Shown here piece by piece: positions 13,731 through 27,184 of a stretch of 64,000 nt of DNA. Source of the DNA: Piromyces finnis finn (lineage: Eukaryota > Fungi > Neocallimastigomycota); NCBI GenBank assembly GCA_002104945.1, contig MCFH01000015.1, positions 62,001 through 126,000 on the forward strand. Reading direction: 5' to 3'. The translations under genes and the position numbers were made by a program. Below the pieces are notes generated by a model. It was not told the DNA's origin, did not search any database, and was given only the letters and a program-made list of their open reading frames with translations. Each line of letters opens with the position of its first letter. Position 1 is the stretch's first letter.

Positions 13731-14790
13731 GATGACAATTCCTATTTAAAATAATAAAAGATGATGGATGTCATTATGATTATTTTATAAAAATATAATA
13801 TTAGTATTTCATTTAAAATTCATGACATTAATTATTAACACAACAAATAAATTATCCCTAAATGGAATAATTACATCATAAATAAACTAATTCATCACAA
13901 AAGTGTATAACTTTATCAGTTATTCACTTAACAAAAATTCATCATTTTACCTGACGGAAATTAAGACCAATTATCAAGAGAAAGAACTAAAATAATATTA
14001 TGAGATTATTTTGAATTATAGCACGAAATTTTTGCAATATGATTGGTTAATATTGGCTATAAGCCACAAATCAGAGAATTTGCTTTAAATTTCAAAATTC
14101 TGCATTAATTAAAAAATTTTCTTAATTTTTTTATTAAAAAGTGGAATAAAAATAGTATTTTTATATATTGTGTGTTAATTTTTAGGTTCTTACAAATTTC
14201 GAATATTGACTGATTTATGTGTGTATTATGTAAATAAAAAATATATATTAATTTATGAGTATTTATATTTATATAAAAAGTTATTATGTGCTCTTTTAAA
14301 AAAGTAATAATATAAATTTTGAAATTTTAATTTTAAAATTAAATTTCATTTAAGATGAATTTGAAATGTTAATTTTAATAATCTGTATAAAATAATATAA
14401 TACGATTAAAACAAATGAAAATATATATATTTATATATATAAAATAATAATTCAGTAAATATTAATAGCAATTTCTTAGAATAAAGCCAATTTTATTTCT
14501 TATTTATTTTTGAATTTATAAACTATTGTATTAAAATAAATTAGTGGATTGTGTAAAAATAGCATGTTTGCTTTTTTTATTAGCAAATTAGTTTTAATAA
14601 AAGTAAAATATAAATATTCTATTTTATTGTTTTTATCAAAGCTAACTAAATACTACCTTTTATTTCTTTCTTTTAGTCTTTATTGTAGAAAAATAGTTAT
14701 TTATGTACAAGATTATCATATCAATAATATAACTAATATAAATTATATATAAAATAAAAGATGAATCATTAATATTAATGTTACAGTTTC

Positions 14791-14980
<190 letters not shown>

Positions 14981-16327
14981 TGCTATTTATTGCTATTTAT
15001 TACCTTATTTTCAAAATAATTATTTGAATTTCAAAATTTTTGTTAAAGATATTATAGTCATTATAAATTAACTCTTTTTCATTTTCATATCTTCATAATT
15101 AGTAAAAAAAAAAAAAAAGGACATCTTTTCTTATTCTTGACTAGCTTTTTACCTAATATTTTCTAATCATTATAGTAATTACACTGGAATCCTATTGTTA
15201 ATTATGAATTCTAATAAATTTAAATTATCATTATAAAAATTTTGTATAAAATTATGCAATTGATTTTATATTTAATTTATCCACTTTCTATTAAGCTAAT
15301 CATTTTATTAGAAAAATAAGTTGTAGAAATTTAAAATCTAAAAAACTATGCTTAATTATATTATTAACATTAAACTTTATAATACCATCTATATTAGAAT
15401 TTAAATTATAATTATATAAAGCATCACTCACTTATCATGTTTTATTCATTTTAATTAACCTATTAATAATTAATATTAGTTATTATAATTTTACTATTAT
15501 TATGAATTAATTTCTTTATCCTTATTAATTTCGATTTAATTTACAATTTAATAAAAGTATATTACCAATATAAATATATTAATTATTTATATTATATTTA
15601 AATATTATAAAAAGAAATTCTTTTAGCCGCTATAATTAAAAAAAAAAACTCTGCCTTAATGTATAATCAATGTATTAAATGTATACAAATATTAAATAAA
15701 AATTTTTAAAAGTGTACTAAATAGTAGCAAAAATTGAGGTTTAATGAACACAATAAAATATACATTATGATTTTGAAAGAACGATAGCAGTTTTCCTTTA
15801 TTATACAATATAATTAACAAAATAGTATTGCTGGAATGAATACTAACTAACAAACCTTGATTATCATTAATTATTATTTTTTTTTTTTTTGTATTATTAT
15901 TTAAAATTATTAAGTATTAAGATTATGTGTTACCATAACCATAATAAATAACAAAATATTAAATAAGAAATTAAATAATTATAATGAAATTAAGCATATA
16001 TAATAAGATATTAAAATATTAATAATTAGTAATAATAAATAATATAATAATAATAAATAATATTCATAATATTCAATAAATAAGATTATAATAATTATGT
16101 ATCTGGAAAAAAAATATTTTTATCAATTTTTTAAAAAGTAAATTATAATGAAATTTGAATAAAAGATTTAAAATAAATATATATATAATATATATTCAAT
16201 AAAAAAAGAAAAAAAAAAAAAAAAAGGATTATTAAGAAAGATAAAAAAGAATAAAGTATTTAAAATTAAAATAACTGGAAAAAAAATAAACAAACATAAA
16301 ATAAAAATTTAAATAAAAAAAAAAAAA

Positions 16328-19206
16328 ATGAGTAATGTTCCAATGAATTTAAAACAAGTTTGTCCTCGATGTCAAGGTATGATTTTTCTAATAGAAAAAA
16401 AAAATAATGATAATGGTTATTTTTTTTAATATTTCCATTATTATATTAAATAGATTTATAATTAAATTAAACTATTACAGGGGCAGGGTTTGTTCATATT
16501 AATGATGAAATTAAACACGACAAAGCAAAAAATGTAAAATGCAAAAATTGCAAAAATTGTACAAGTAAGTAAAAATATGAATATCTGTATATTTAAAATG
16601 CATTTCTTAAATTTTATTATATTAATACATTAAAATATATATACTGTTATAATAGCTTGTCAAGGAACAGGTACTGTTGTTGGTAAAATGCCTTGTATAA
16701 CTTGTAATGGTAAGTTCACTGCAAAAAATATATATATAGTATATAATATAACTGTAGTATAAATCTCATTATCAATGTTTAATTCAATAAATAAAACAAA
16801 TGAGTATATATAATTAATATTTATATATTTATAATAAAACATAATTATATTTATATATTTATATATATATATAATAAAGTCAAAGGTTGGCTTCATGATT
16901 CTCCACATCCTCATGATACAGGTGATTCAATAAGATGTTTCTATTGTAAAACTTGTCCAGGTATATAAACATTTATAAATATTTATTATTCGCAATAACT
17001 TGAGATAAAAAGAAATTTAATTTTATAATTATATCTTTGTTTTCCGCATTATTTCACTGATGCTGTTGTTGTCATTTTACATAGATTGTAAAGAAGCTGG
17101 TGTTGTAGATATTAATTATAAAAAACCAGAATCTATCTCCTCAAAATCATCTGGTGGAAAACGTTCTAAATCAAAATCTTCAAAATCAAAACCTTCAAAA
17201 CAAGCATCGACTAATAGTAGTGACCAAAAATCAACAACTTCTTCTACACCAGCAGAAAATCATTTAAGAGGTTCTTGCCCTGTTTGTAGTGGTAAATAAA
17301 AATATTTAATATTTCATAGATTATTATTTAAAATGACTTTATATAACATTTATAAATTAACAATGGGGAATTTATATAGTACTTATAGAGTAGCAATTAT
17401 TGTAATTATTTTTTTGCGTTATTAAAAATGAAATATGATATTTATACAAAGTCTAAAAATGTAAAATAATAATAAAATTATACTGATTCTGAATTATTCA
17501 GTATATACTACAATTATAAAATAATAAGAGATAATAAGAATATTTATATTGGTTTAATATATATTTTATTAAATTATTTTTTAAATACCACCATTTTAAA
17601 ATTTTAATAGTTTTAATAGTATAAAATAACTAAAACGAAGAATTATTTTGATTTAAAAAAATGAATAAATTGAAAATTGTACTCAAATAAAAACATATAT
17701 AATATAATGGTGATGTATAGATTTTAATAATGTTGATTCTTAAATTCAATTTAATTCATAATTCAAACAATAAATAAAAAAGAAGTAATAATAATAAATT
17801 ATATAACAATTCAAAATATCCACATATATATATATTTATATTTGATAAAGCAAAATATAATAAATAAATAAATAAATAAATATTAGTATTAATATTTAAT
17901 TAATATATTTAATATATAGCATTAGGTTTTGTTCATGAAAGTCATATACCACATGATAAACCATCAGGAAAACCATGTAAATTCTGTAGTGTTTGTAGAG
18001 GTAATATTATAACAGTATAATTTAAAGAAAAAAAAAAAAAAATACTTGTTATTAATTATTTAATAAATATAATAGTTTGTGCTGGTGCTGGTATTATTGT
18101 AGGAAAACAAGCTTGTACACATTGTAGTGGTATGTAAATTTATTTTATCAAAAAAAAGTTGAATTATTAATTTTTTTATGTTGTTATCATTATTATTTAT
18201 TAATAAAAATATTAATTATTAACAGCTAAAGGTTGGTATCACCCTCCAAACTCAAAATTTGTTCATAATGTAACACCAAGTACTATGAGATGTTTCCATT
18301 GTAAAGATTGTCCAGGTATTTAGAATTGATCGTTAAAGAATACAATATCAAATGTTTTATAAATTATATAAATTAATAACTAATGCATGTATACTTTATA
18401 ATTTATTCAATTATATATTATATCAAAGTTTGTGGTGGATATGGTGTTGTTGATCCAACAAAATCAAAAGAAAATTATAGAAATTCAATTATTTCTCAAA
18501 AAACAGATCATACTCTCTATTCACCTCCATCAAAAGAAACTATAAATGTTCAATTAACACCACCTACCCATAAGAATTTTCAATTATCAAATCAACATTA
18601 TCAAAAGTTATTAGAAAAAGAACAAGAAAAACAACAAGAGCAATTAATATTGCAAGAACATATTCAGCAAAGATTAGAAATATCTCAAGCTCAACAAAAA
18701 ATAGAACAACAAATTGCACAACAACAAAAACTTCAACAAGAGCAACAAATAAAACAAATACAAATGCAACAAATGCAACAACTACAACTACAACAGATGC
18801 AAATGCAAATGCAGCAAATGTCTCTTTATCAACCTGTCATGTACATGCCATATGCTTATACCGCCTCACCAGTAGCAACACCGCTTACTACACCGGTTGC
18901 AACACCAGTCACACCAGTCATGCCCTATGGTTATGCAGCTCAAGCACAAACTATATGTACTTCATGTCAAGGTCTTGGTTTTAAACATAAAAAGAAAACA
19001 TCTAAACCACATAATCAAGTACCGAATGTTAGGTAAATATCAGTTTTCATTATAAAATATAGTAATAGCATTTATCATTCCAACATAATAATTCTATTTT
19101 TATTTATAAATAAATTTTATTATTATTATTATTATTATTACAATAAAGATGTGAAAATTGTAGAGATTGTAAAACTTGTCATGGAACTGGTTATATTTCT
19201 CTTTAA
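16328..19206 (+). CDS. 453-aa protein with five CxxCxxxG[FW]xH-x5-7-H-x7-8-CxxCxxCxxCxxxG zinc-finger-like modules and a Q/P-rich linker
   Basis: Ten exons splice to one open frame: 16328-16376, 16481-16564, 16656-16709, 16880-16960, 17085-17291, 17920-18000, 18076-18129, 18226-18315, 18429-19032, 19149-19206. All introns are GT-AG and the first eight are phase 1. Confidence 0.85.
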
Positions 19207-19603
19207 ATTAAAATTTAAACTTAAATTATTAACATAAAGCGTTTATCACGACAACAACAAAAACAACAAACAAACAATTTATAATTTTCGTATTAAAATT
19301 ATATTAAAAAAAATATATTTATTAAACTTTTTTAATATTAATTCTTTTTTTTTTTTTGTACTCAAATTATTATTTAACCTTTTTTTTTTTTTTTTTTTTT
19401 TTTATCTATTCGTAAAATAAATAAATAAAAAAAAAAAAAAAACAATAAAACTTTTAGAAAGAAGAAATATTTGTAATATAAATATAAAAAAAAATAGAAA
19501 AATAGAAAAAATAGAAAAAAAAAATAAAAGTTCATAATTAATATATAATTATTAAATTTATTGTTTGTTCATATTATTTAGTAATTTAATTTTTTATTTT
19601 GAT

Positions 19604-19661
19604 ATTTATTTATTTATTTATTTATTTATTTACTTATTTATTTATTTATTTATTTGTTTGT

Positions 19662-19744
<83 letters not shown>

Positions 19745-19745
19745 T
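19604..19745. repeat. (TTTA)n microsatellite
   Basis: Seen directly; it explains the FIYL ORF 19565-19807. Confidence 0.95.
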
Positions 19746-20374
19746 GTCTTTTTTTTTTAAATTATAATAACTATATTATGTATGAAATTAATATTATAAT
19801 TTTTTAAAATAGAAATAACTGGTAAATTAATAATATATATTATTGTATTTTATATATTATCAATTAAAAGGTATTGAATCTAAAATATTAAAAGAATAAG
19901 ACAAAATAAAATATTAAAAAATTAACAATAAAATCTTTCTCATATAAAATATTACAATTTTGGTTTTAATACTTATAATAATATTTAGATAAATGGACTA
20001 AAAAACTAAATTAATTTTAGTTTTACTTTTTTTAATTAATAAGTTTAATTTAGTCAAATAAGTACACTTTTCAATAAAATAAGCTTTAATAAATAAATCT
20101 TAAAAAATTTTTTTATATTATCTACATATATTATGAGTAGATATATTTAATATTTTTTTTTTTTCATTTAAAGTTTAATTAAATTTAAAAATAATTAAAT
20201 ATTTTTTTAATATTTATAAACTTTTAATTTATAATAAGACAAAAAAAAAAAAAAAAAAAAACAAGAATTTCAAAAAAAAATATTTTTTCTCTTTTTATTT
20301 TTTTATAAAGTTAGTTTAAAAAAAAAAAAAAAACTTAGAATTATTATTATTTATACTTAGATTTTTAATCAAAA

Positions 20375-21197
20375 ATGAGTTCCAGCTTAGATATGGCTTT
20401 AAATGATATTATTAAAAAGAATAGAAGAACTAGAATTCAAAGTAGAAGAAGAAGAGCTAATGGTACTGATAAAATTAGTATTGGAAGAAGAGGTAATAGA
20501 GATAGAAAGCCTTTAAATAGAAGAGAAAGAAATAAAGATGATGGTTCAAAAATTTTGATATCTAATTTAGCATATGGAGTTACTTCAAAAGATTTAAAAG
20601 TAAATATTTAAAAAAATATAATTTAAGATATAATGAATTGGTTTTTAAATTATTATTTATAAAATGGTATGATTTAATAGGAATTATTCAAGGATATTGG
20701 TCCAGTTAAATCTACTGCCATCAACTTTTTACCAAATGGTAAATCAAAGGGAACTGGTCAAGTTAATTTTGTCAGAAATAATGATGCTAAACGCGCCATT
20801 AATAAATATAATAATGTTGAATTAGATGGTAGACCAATGAAAATCGAAATGGTTCTTAGTTCAACTGCTGCTTTAAATATTTTAAAAAATAAGAATAATG
20901 TTAGGTATGTATTCCAACTACTATTTATAATTTATTTCTAATTATAATATCTTTTATAAATTAATATGGGGAAAAAAATGATTTGTTAATAAAATTTTTA
21001 TTTCATTCATTATTATTTTGAAAATTAATAATAATAGAGGACGTGCTAATAGAATGAGAAGAAGAAATAGAGGACCATTAAAAACTCAAGAAGAACTTGA
21101 TGCTGAAATGGACTCATACATGAAAATTGATGATATGAATGTTCAACCACAATCAAATGTAGGAGGAAATAGCTCTAACGCTGCTGTTGTAGCTTAA
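20375..21197 (+). CDS. YRA1: mRNA export adaptor Yra1/ALYREF (THOC4)
   Basis: Exons 20375-20599, 20681-20904 and 21038-21197. Contains the N-terminal LDMALNDIIKK box, an Arg-rich region, an RRM (KILISNLAYGV...SKGTGQVNF) and the C-terminal KTQEELDAEMDSYM box. Confidence 0.93.
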
Positions 21198-21756
21198 ATA
21201 TGAGGAGAGGAAGAAATTTTGAATTAAATATAATTAATTCTATTTCATTCTTAACTATAACAATAATATAAATTAAATTAATGCTTTGATTATTCAATAC
21301 CTTTTATTTCTTTATTAATTAAAACAATACATATACATATATACCAAATTAAAGAAAGAAAAGGTTATATTGAGAGGATTAAGAAACTTGATTTTAACAT
21401 CGAAAATAAATAATAAATATCAAAAATAAAGTAATTTCAATTAGCATCTTAATCCTTTAAATTCATATTATTAAATTTTGATGTTTTCTTTTTATTTTAT
21501 TATATCAGTTGTATCGATTATTTTTATTATTTTAATTACAAAAAAAAATGATGCTTTGGAAATATTATATATAGTTACCAACATAACCTTGAATTATTAG
21601 AAATTTTATTACTATAAAACTTTGTTTTTCAATACAACATGTAATAAAAATAAATAATATATACAAATTTTATTTATATCTATATAATAAAAAAAATATC
21701 TTTATTTTATAAAATATAATCAAGTCAATTCTCTATGACATAATAATTACATTTTA

Positions 21757-21792
<36 letters not shown>

Positions 21793-24700
21793 AATAATAT
21801 CAAAGATTCAAAACAAAAAAAAAAAAAGAAAAAAGAATAACGAATTATTATAGAAAAGAGAAAGTACAATGAGAAAAAAAAAAAAGAAACAAAGAAATAA
21901 AGAAAAAATAGGAACTTAATAGATGATTACACTTTATATAGCAAATGTTCTTATTTTTCTTTTTAGTTTCACTAATTAATAATGGATCATTGAGTTTTTA
22001 TTATAATAATTTGCATTCTTTCTTTATTAATGTTACTCTTTATTCCTTGCCTCAATGTTTTTTGATGATGATATATATATTAAATAGTAACATAATGGAT
22101 TTATTAATAAAATAATATATATATATTTGTTTTGGATTGTATTGAATATGAAAGGGGAAAAAAAAAAATGCATATAGAGGATATAGAGGACGATTATAGA
22201 AACAAAATTCAATTATACAGAGTAAAAATATAAATATAAATGATTTTATTTTTTAACACGAGTAAAATGGAATTTATATGATGAAATAAGGAAAAAAATT
22301 CTTAAAGATCAAGTAGTTGGGAATAAAATTAAATATTAAAAGTATTTAATTTTTCTTTTTTTATTAATAATTATTACTATTAGGAATAATAGATTTTTAT
22401 CAATAATCAAAATTGAATCAAAAAGACTTGAACATATATATATATTTAATATGAAATATCATAAAATAATGCAAATAATGCAATATAAATATATATATTA
22501 AGAAATTTCATGAGTGAAAATTCAAGTAAAATATAATTATTCAATAAGGATAGAAAAAAAGAACTGTTTTTTTCAACACTTTAAAATACTTTTTTTATGG
22601 AAATGAATGTTACTTTTTAAAATCAGTCTTTTATAATATCTATTAAATGTTTTTCTCTTGTTATTTATTAGTAATTATATAAAAAAAAAAATATCTCTGA
22701 CAGATTGACATTAACTCAAATCAATAATAATGTTGCTAATTGGTAAGCCAGTTCAAGATTATCTTTTTTTTTTTTTTTTGCAATTATAGTTCCACTTTTT
22801 TTTAGTATCCTTTTTTTTCTGTCCATATTTATTTTCTTTTTGACTAAAATACCTAAAAATTAAAATTATTAAATATGCATAAAGTCCTTTTTTTTTTTAT
22901 TTTTCTTTTTTATCTTTTATGTATCAAGTAGTAAAGTCTCTTATTTAAAAAAAAAAATTATAAGAAATTATAAAATTTCTTCTAAACTCGTATAATTATA
23001 TAAAATTGTTTATATTATTCTTTGTTTTCTATCAATAGATGTCTTGTGTCAATATAAAATGGCTATTGTTTGTCCAAAATAATAATAATGAATGTTTTTA
23101 TTTTATATTATTATAATACCAGTAAAAACTATGTTAAAAACTTGTTTTAACATAGAAAGATTTTGCTTAACCCTTTAAAATTTAAATAATTATAAATTAA
23201 ATGGATTAGGTTAGATTTAACAAAAATATAATAATATAAAATTTCCTGTAACATAATTTAAAAAATACAAGTTTTATAATGTGAATGTGAATAGAGCATA
23301 GAACTTTTTTAATTGTAAAAAAAAAAAAAAAAATTACTTATTTAAAAATTACTTATTTCACTTTTATATAACTATAACTATGTTATTTACAATCTAGTAA
23401 TAAAAAATATGCAATAAAATTTTTAGTATGAATAAATGCCAATATAATACAATGAATCATACCTTTTTTTTAATTTTAAATATAACCCTTTATTTTATAA
23501 TTTCGCGCTTTTATCCATTATAATAACTATTTATAAATAATAACTCTATAATTAATATATAATAAAATTATTAACACTATATATATATATTTTAAAAAAA
23601 GAGAGTAATACCCTATATTATTATTTGATATATTATTAATTGATAGTGGTCAATGTTCAAAAAAAATTAAAACAACAATCGGTCAATACTAAAGAAACAA
23701 TAAAACAGGTTAGGCTAGTATAATCAATGGAATTCTATTTCTTGATGCTGAATCCCATTGGTAGTTGAATACAATTATTATATTTATGTGTAGTAGTAAT
23801 ATTTTTTAATTAAACTTACTAGGAATACATTATATGTCCATTTTTTTATTCATTTTGTGCTTAAATTTATTTTTGAAATTTTCATTCCATTATATTAAAT
23901 TTATTTTTAAATACATATGTATAATAATATTAAACAAAATAAAAGTTTTTAATATATATCTTGTAAGTTTTTTATTTATTTGAATAGCTTTAATTATTTT
24001 TATTTCTAATTGATCTTTTTTATTATTATTACACATTTTATATTTTACACCGTATTGTATTATAATAATTTATATTTATATTTTTGAATGGCTTTCTATA
24101 TCTAATATTTTATGGCAAATGCATTAAAAATCATATTTTATTTCATATATATTGATAGTGAACCTACGACTGTCTTTTTGACTATTTTTTTTCAAGTTTT
24201 TAATTAAATTAAATAATAATTATTAAGAACCAAATATGGTAATAATCATAATTGTTATATTTTCAATAATTATAAAAAATTAACTTTATATTATCAACAT
24301 TTATATATATATTTAATATATTTCAACATATTATTATAAAATGAATTAATAAGTTAATATATGAAATATATTGAATACTAATACTATTTCAATATATTAA
24401 CAAAAATTGATTTTATTTTTAATTTTTTTTTGGTATAACCTTTATATTATTATTATTATAATCTAATATATTAGTTTAATTAAATCATCTATATTAAAAT
24501 TATTTTAATGTCATGTAATGAAATTTAATATAATAAACTATATTTCAATATATGATGGCTTTTATTATTTAAATACAATTTGTATTGTGTAATCCTAATA
24601 ATGATTTTTAATAAAATTAATCTATTTTTTAAATGATAAATTAAATTTAATATATAAATTAATATTTTTATAGTTGGTGGTTTTTTTATTATCTTTTTTT

Positions 24701-26223
24701 TAATATGCCTAACTTTATTGCATATAAAGATTTGGTTTACCAAGAAAGTATGGTAACTAAAAGTTGTTGTTATTTGAGCTATTTATAAAATTTAATACAA
24801 CAAATACTAATACTATTTTATGCTAATTAAATGGCAAGAAGAAATATAATAGCAATTTGGTTGTATTTATAATATATTAAATAAAAAATTAAATAGTTTT
24901 ACCTAATTTTATTAATCAATTTATTATATAATAATTATATTTGTAATACATTATTTTTAAATTGTAATACATTAAATGAATGTAACAAATTGTTAAAGAA
25001 TTTAACACTTTTTTTACTTTTTTTTTTTTTTTAAAGAAATTTAAAAAAAAATTATTTAAAAATAAACTAAAAGAAAAAAAAAAAAAAAAGAATATATTAT
25101 AATAGATATATTTTTTTTTTTAAAAAAAAGAAAAAGAAAAGGAAAAAGAAATCAATATATATTTATATTTTTAAGTATTTCTTTCTTTCTTTTTTTTCTA
25201 TGAAATATTCCCTTTTTTTTTAAGAAAGAATTCAAAGTTACTTCAACAACAACAACATCAACTATATTTATTTTATCGAACTACAAATATATAATTCATT
25301 GTATTTATCGTTTTTTTTTTTAATCAGAGAAAAAAAAAAGAGTAAATAACGACCATATCCTATACACTTTTTTCTGTAACCAAATATATATTAACAAAGC
25401 AATATTATATAAAAGAAAAGAGTGTAAAATAATAAAAATAAGCACAGACCTATAAAATTATATTCTTCATCCTCGACTGTATATTAAAAAGAAACCATTG
25501 TAATAAATATTTTAAAATTTGTAAAATTTAACAACTCTATTGTAAAGTCAATATTCATAAGACTACTCTATTCTACAACGAATATATTCATTTATTTTAA
25601 ATATCCACTAATTTCTTTTTCTTTTTTCTTTTTTTTTTTTTTATTCAAAAAAGTAATTTATATTTTTTATATCAAGAAATACAATTATTTTTATTTTATA
25701 TAACAAGAAAAGAAAAATTTAAAAATAAAGTAATTATAATAGTAAATTTCAATAATTTCAATAGTAAAATATAAAAAATATAAAATTCAAAAAAGAATAT
25801 TGTAATTTAATAAATAATTTCAAAAATAATAACAACGATAATATTTATTTTCATTTTACTTTATTCAAAATATCCTTTTACTATTTATTAATATTTAAAA
25901 GAAAAAAAAAAACATTTTAAAATTATTGTTTCTATTAATATAATAAATATTCACAAAGGAAAATCAAAATATTTAATATCTATTATTTTATATATCTTTT
26001 AATTACTTGTAAAGTTAAAACAATATATTTAAAACAGCAAAAATTAAAGTATATTTAAATATAAATATTTGAGAAAAACACAATAAATTTTACTTTATAG
26101 TCGTATTAATATTTTTTAACTAAATAGTTAAAAAAAAAATAAATTAATTAAACTATTAGTACAATATTATTTTTAGTCAATTAAATAAAATAGAATTTTT
26201 ATATATAAAGCAAGTAAACCAAA

Positions 26224-27151
26224 ATGACCGTCGATACTATCAAGATTTGTGAAGCTTCAGAAATAATAAAAGATACTTCTTCAAAAAACAAATCTATATT
26301 TACTTCAACTAGTGTTTTAGATTTAGTTAAATTTAATAATAATGAAGCTCTTATTAAATATTTACTTCCAAGAAAATCATTGGCTAAAAAGGATTGGCCA
26401 ACTTTGTTAGATGCAGAAGTTGAGAAATTAAAAGAAATTCAACTCGAGGAAAATACTAATCTTGTCAAGATTAGAGGATTTGTTAAAGAAATTCATTTTG
26501 AAAGAAGAAACAATAATTTCCCAGGAATTGTTGTTGTAAATACTATTTATAAAAAAATTCTATATTATTTTTTTATAAAAATAAATTAATTTTTATCATA
26601 TTTTATATATATATTTAAAATATTAATATTAATATAATAATATGTTTTGATAATGTCTTGTATATACATATATATTTATTTGTTTTTTTAGGATTATTTC
26701 GAAGATGGTAATTTACAAGAATATATTGAAAAACATGTAGATCTTCCATGGAAGAAAAGATATGAAATTGCTATGAAAATTACTGAAGGTATTCGTACTC
26801 TTCATCAATATGACATTTTCCACCATGATTTAAAAATTTCAAATATTGTAATGAAGGGTGATGTACCATATATATCTGATTATGGTTTTTCTGTTGTAAA
26901 TGACCCATGTCGTTCCAATGGTATTTATTCTGCTCCATTATTTTTATCTCCTGTTCAATTAGAAGAGTTATTCTTAGGAAGTAAGAACCCAACTCCATAT
27001 AACGAAAAGGATGATATTTACAGTCTTGGTTTCATATTCTATTATTTAGCATATTTAAAGAAACCATGGGCCACTGAAATTAAAGATACTTCAGATGCTA
27101 GTTTAATTTGTTGTAAGTATATTAATTTATTTATTTTACTCTATGAATAAT

Positions 27152-27184
<33 letters not shown>

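Noticed and set aside
21200-26200. Long ORF-free intervals (21.2-26.2, 35.8-41.5, 44.3-49.3 kb) as hidden genes or arrays
   Set aside because: I found no spliceable coding signal, periodic repeat or RNA-gene motif by eye; the small ORFs there are low-complexity AT-rich noise.
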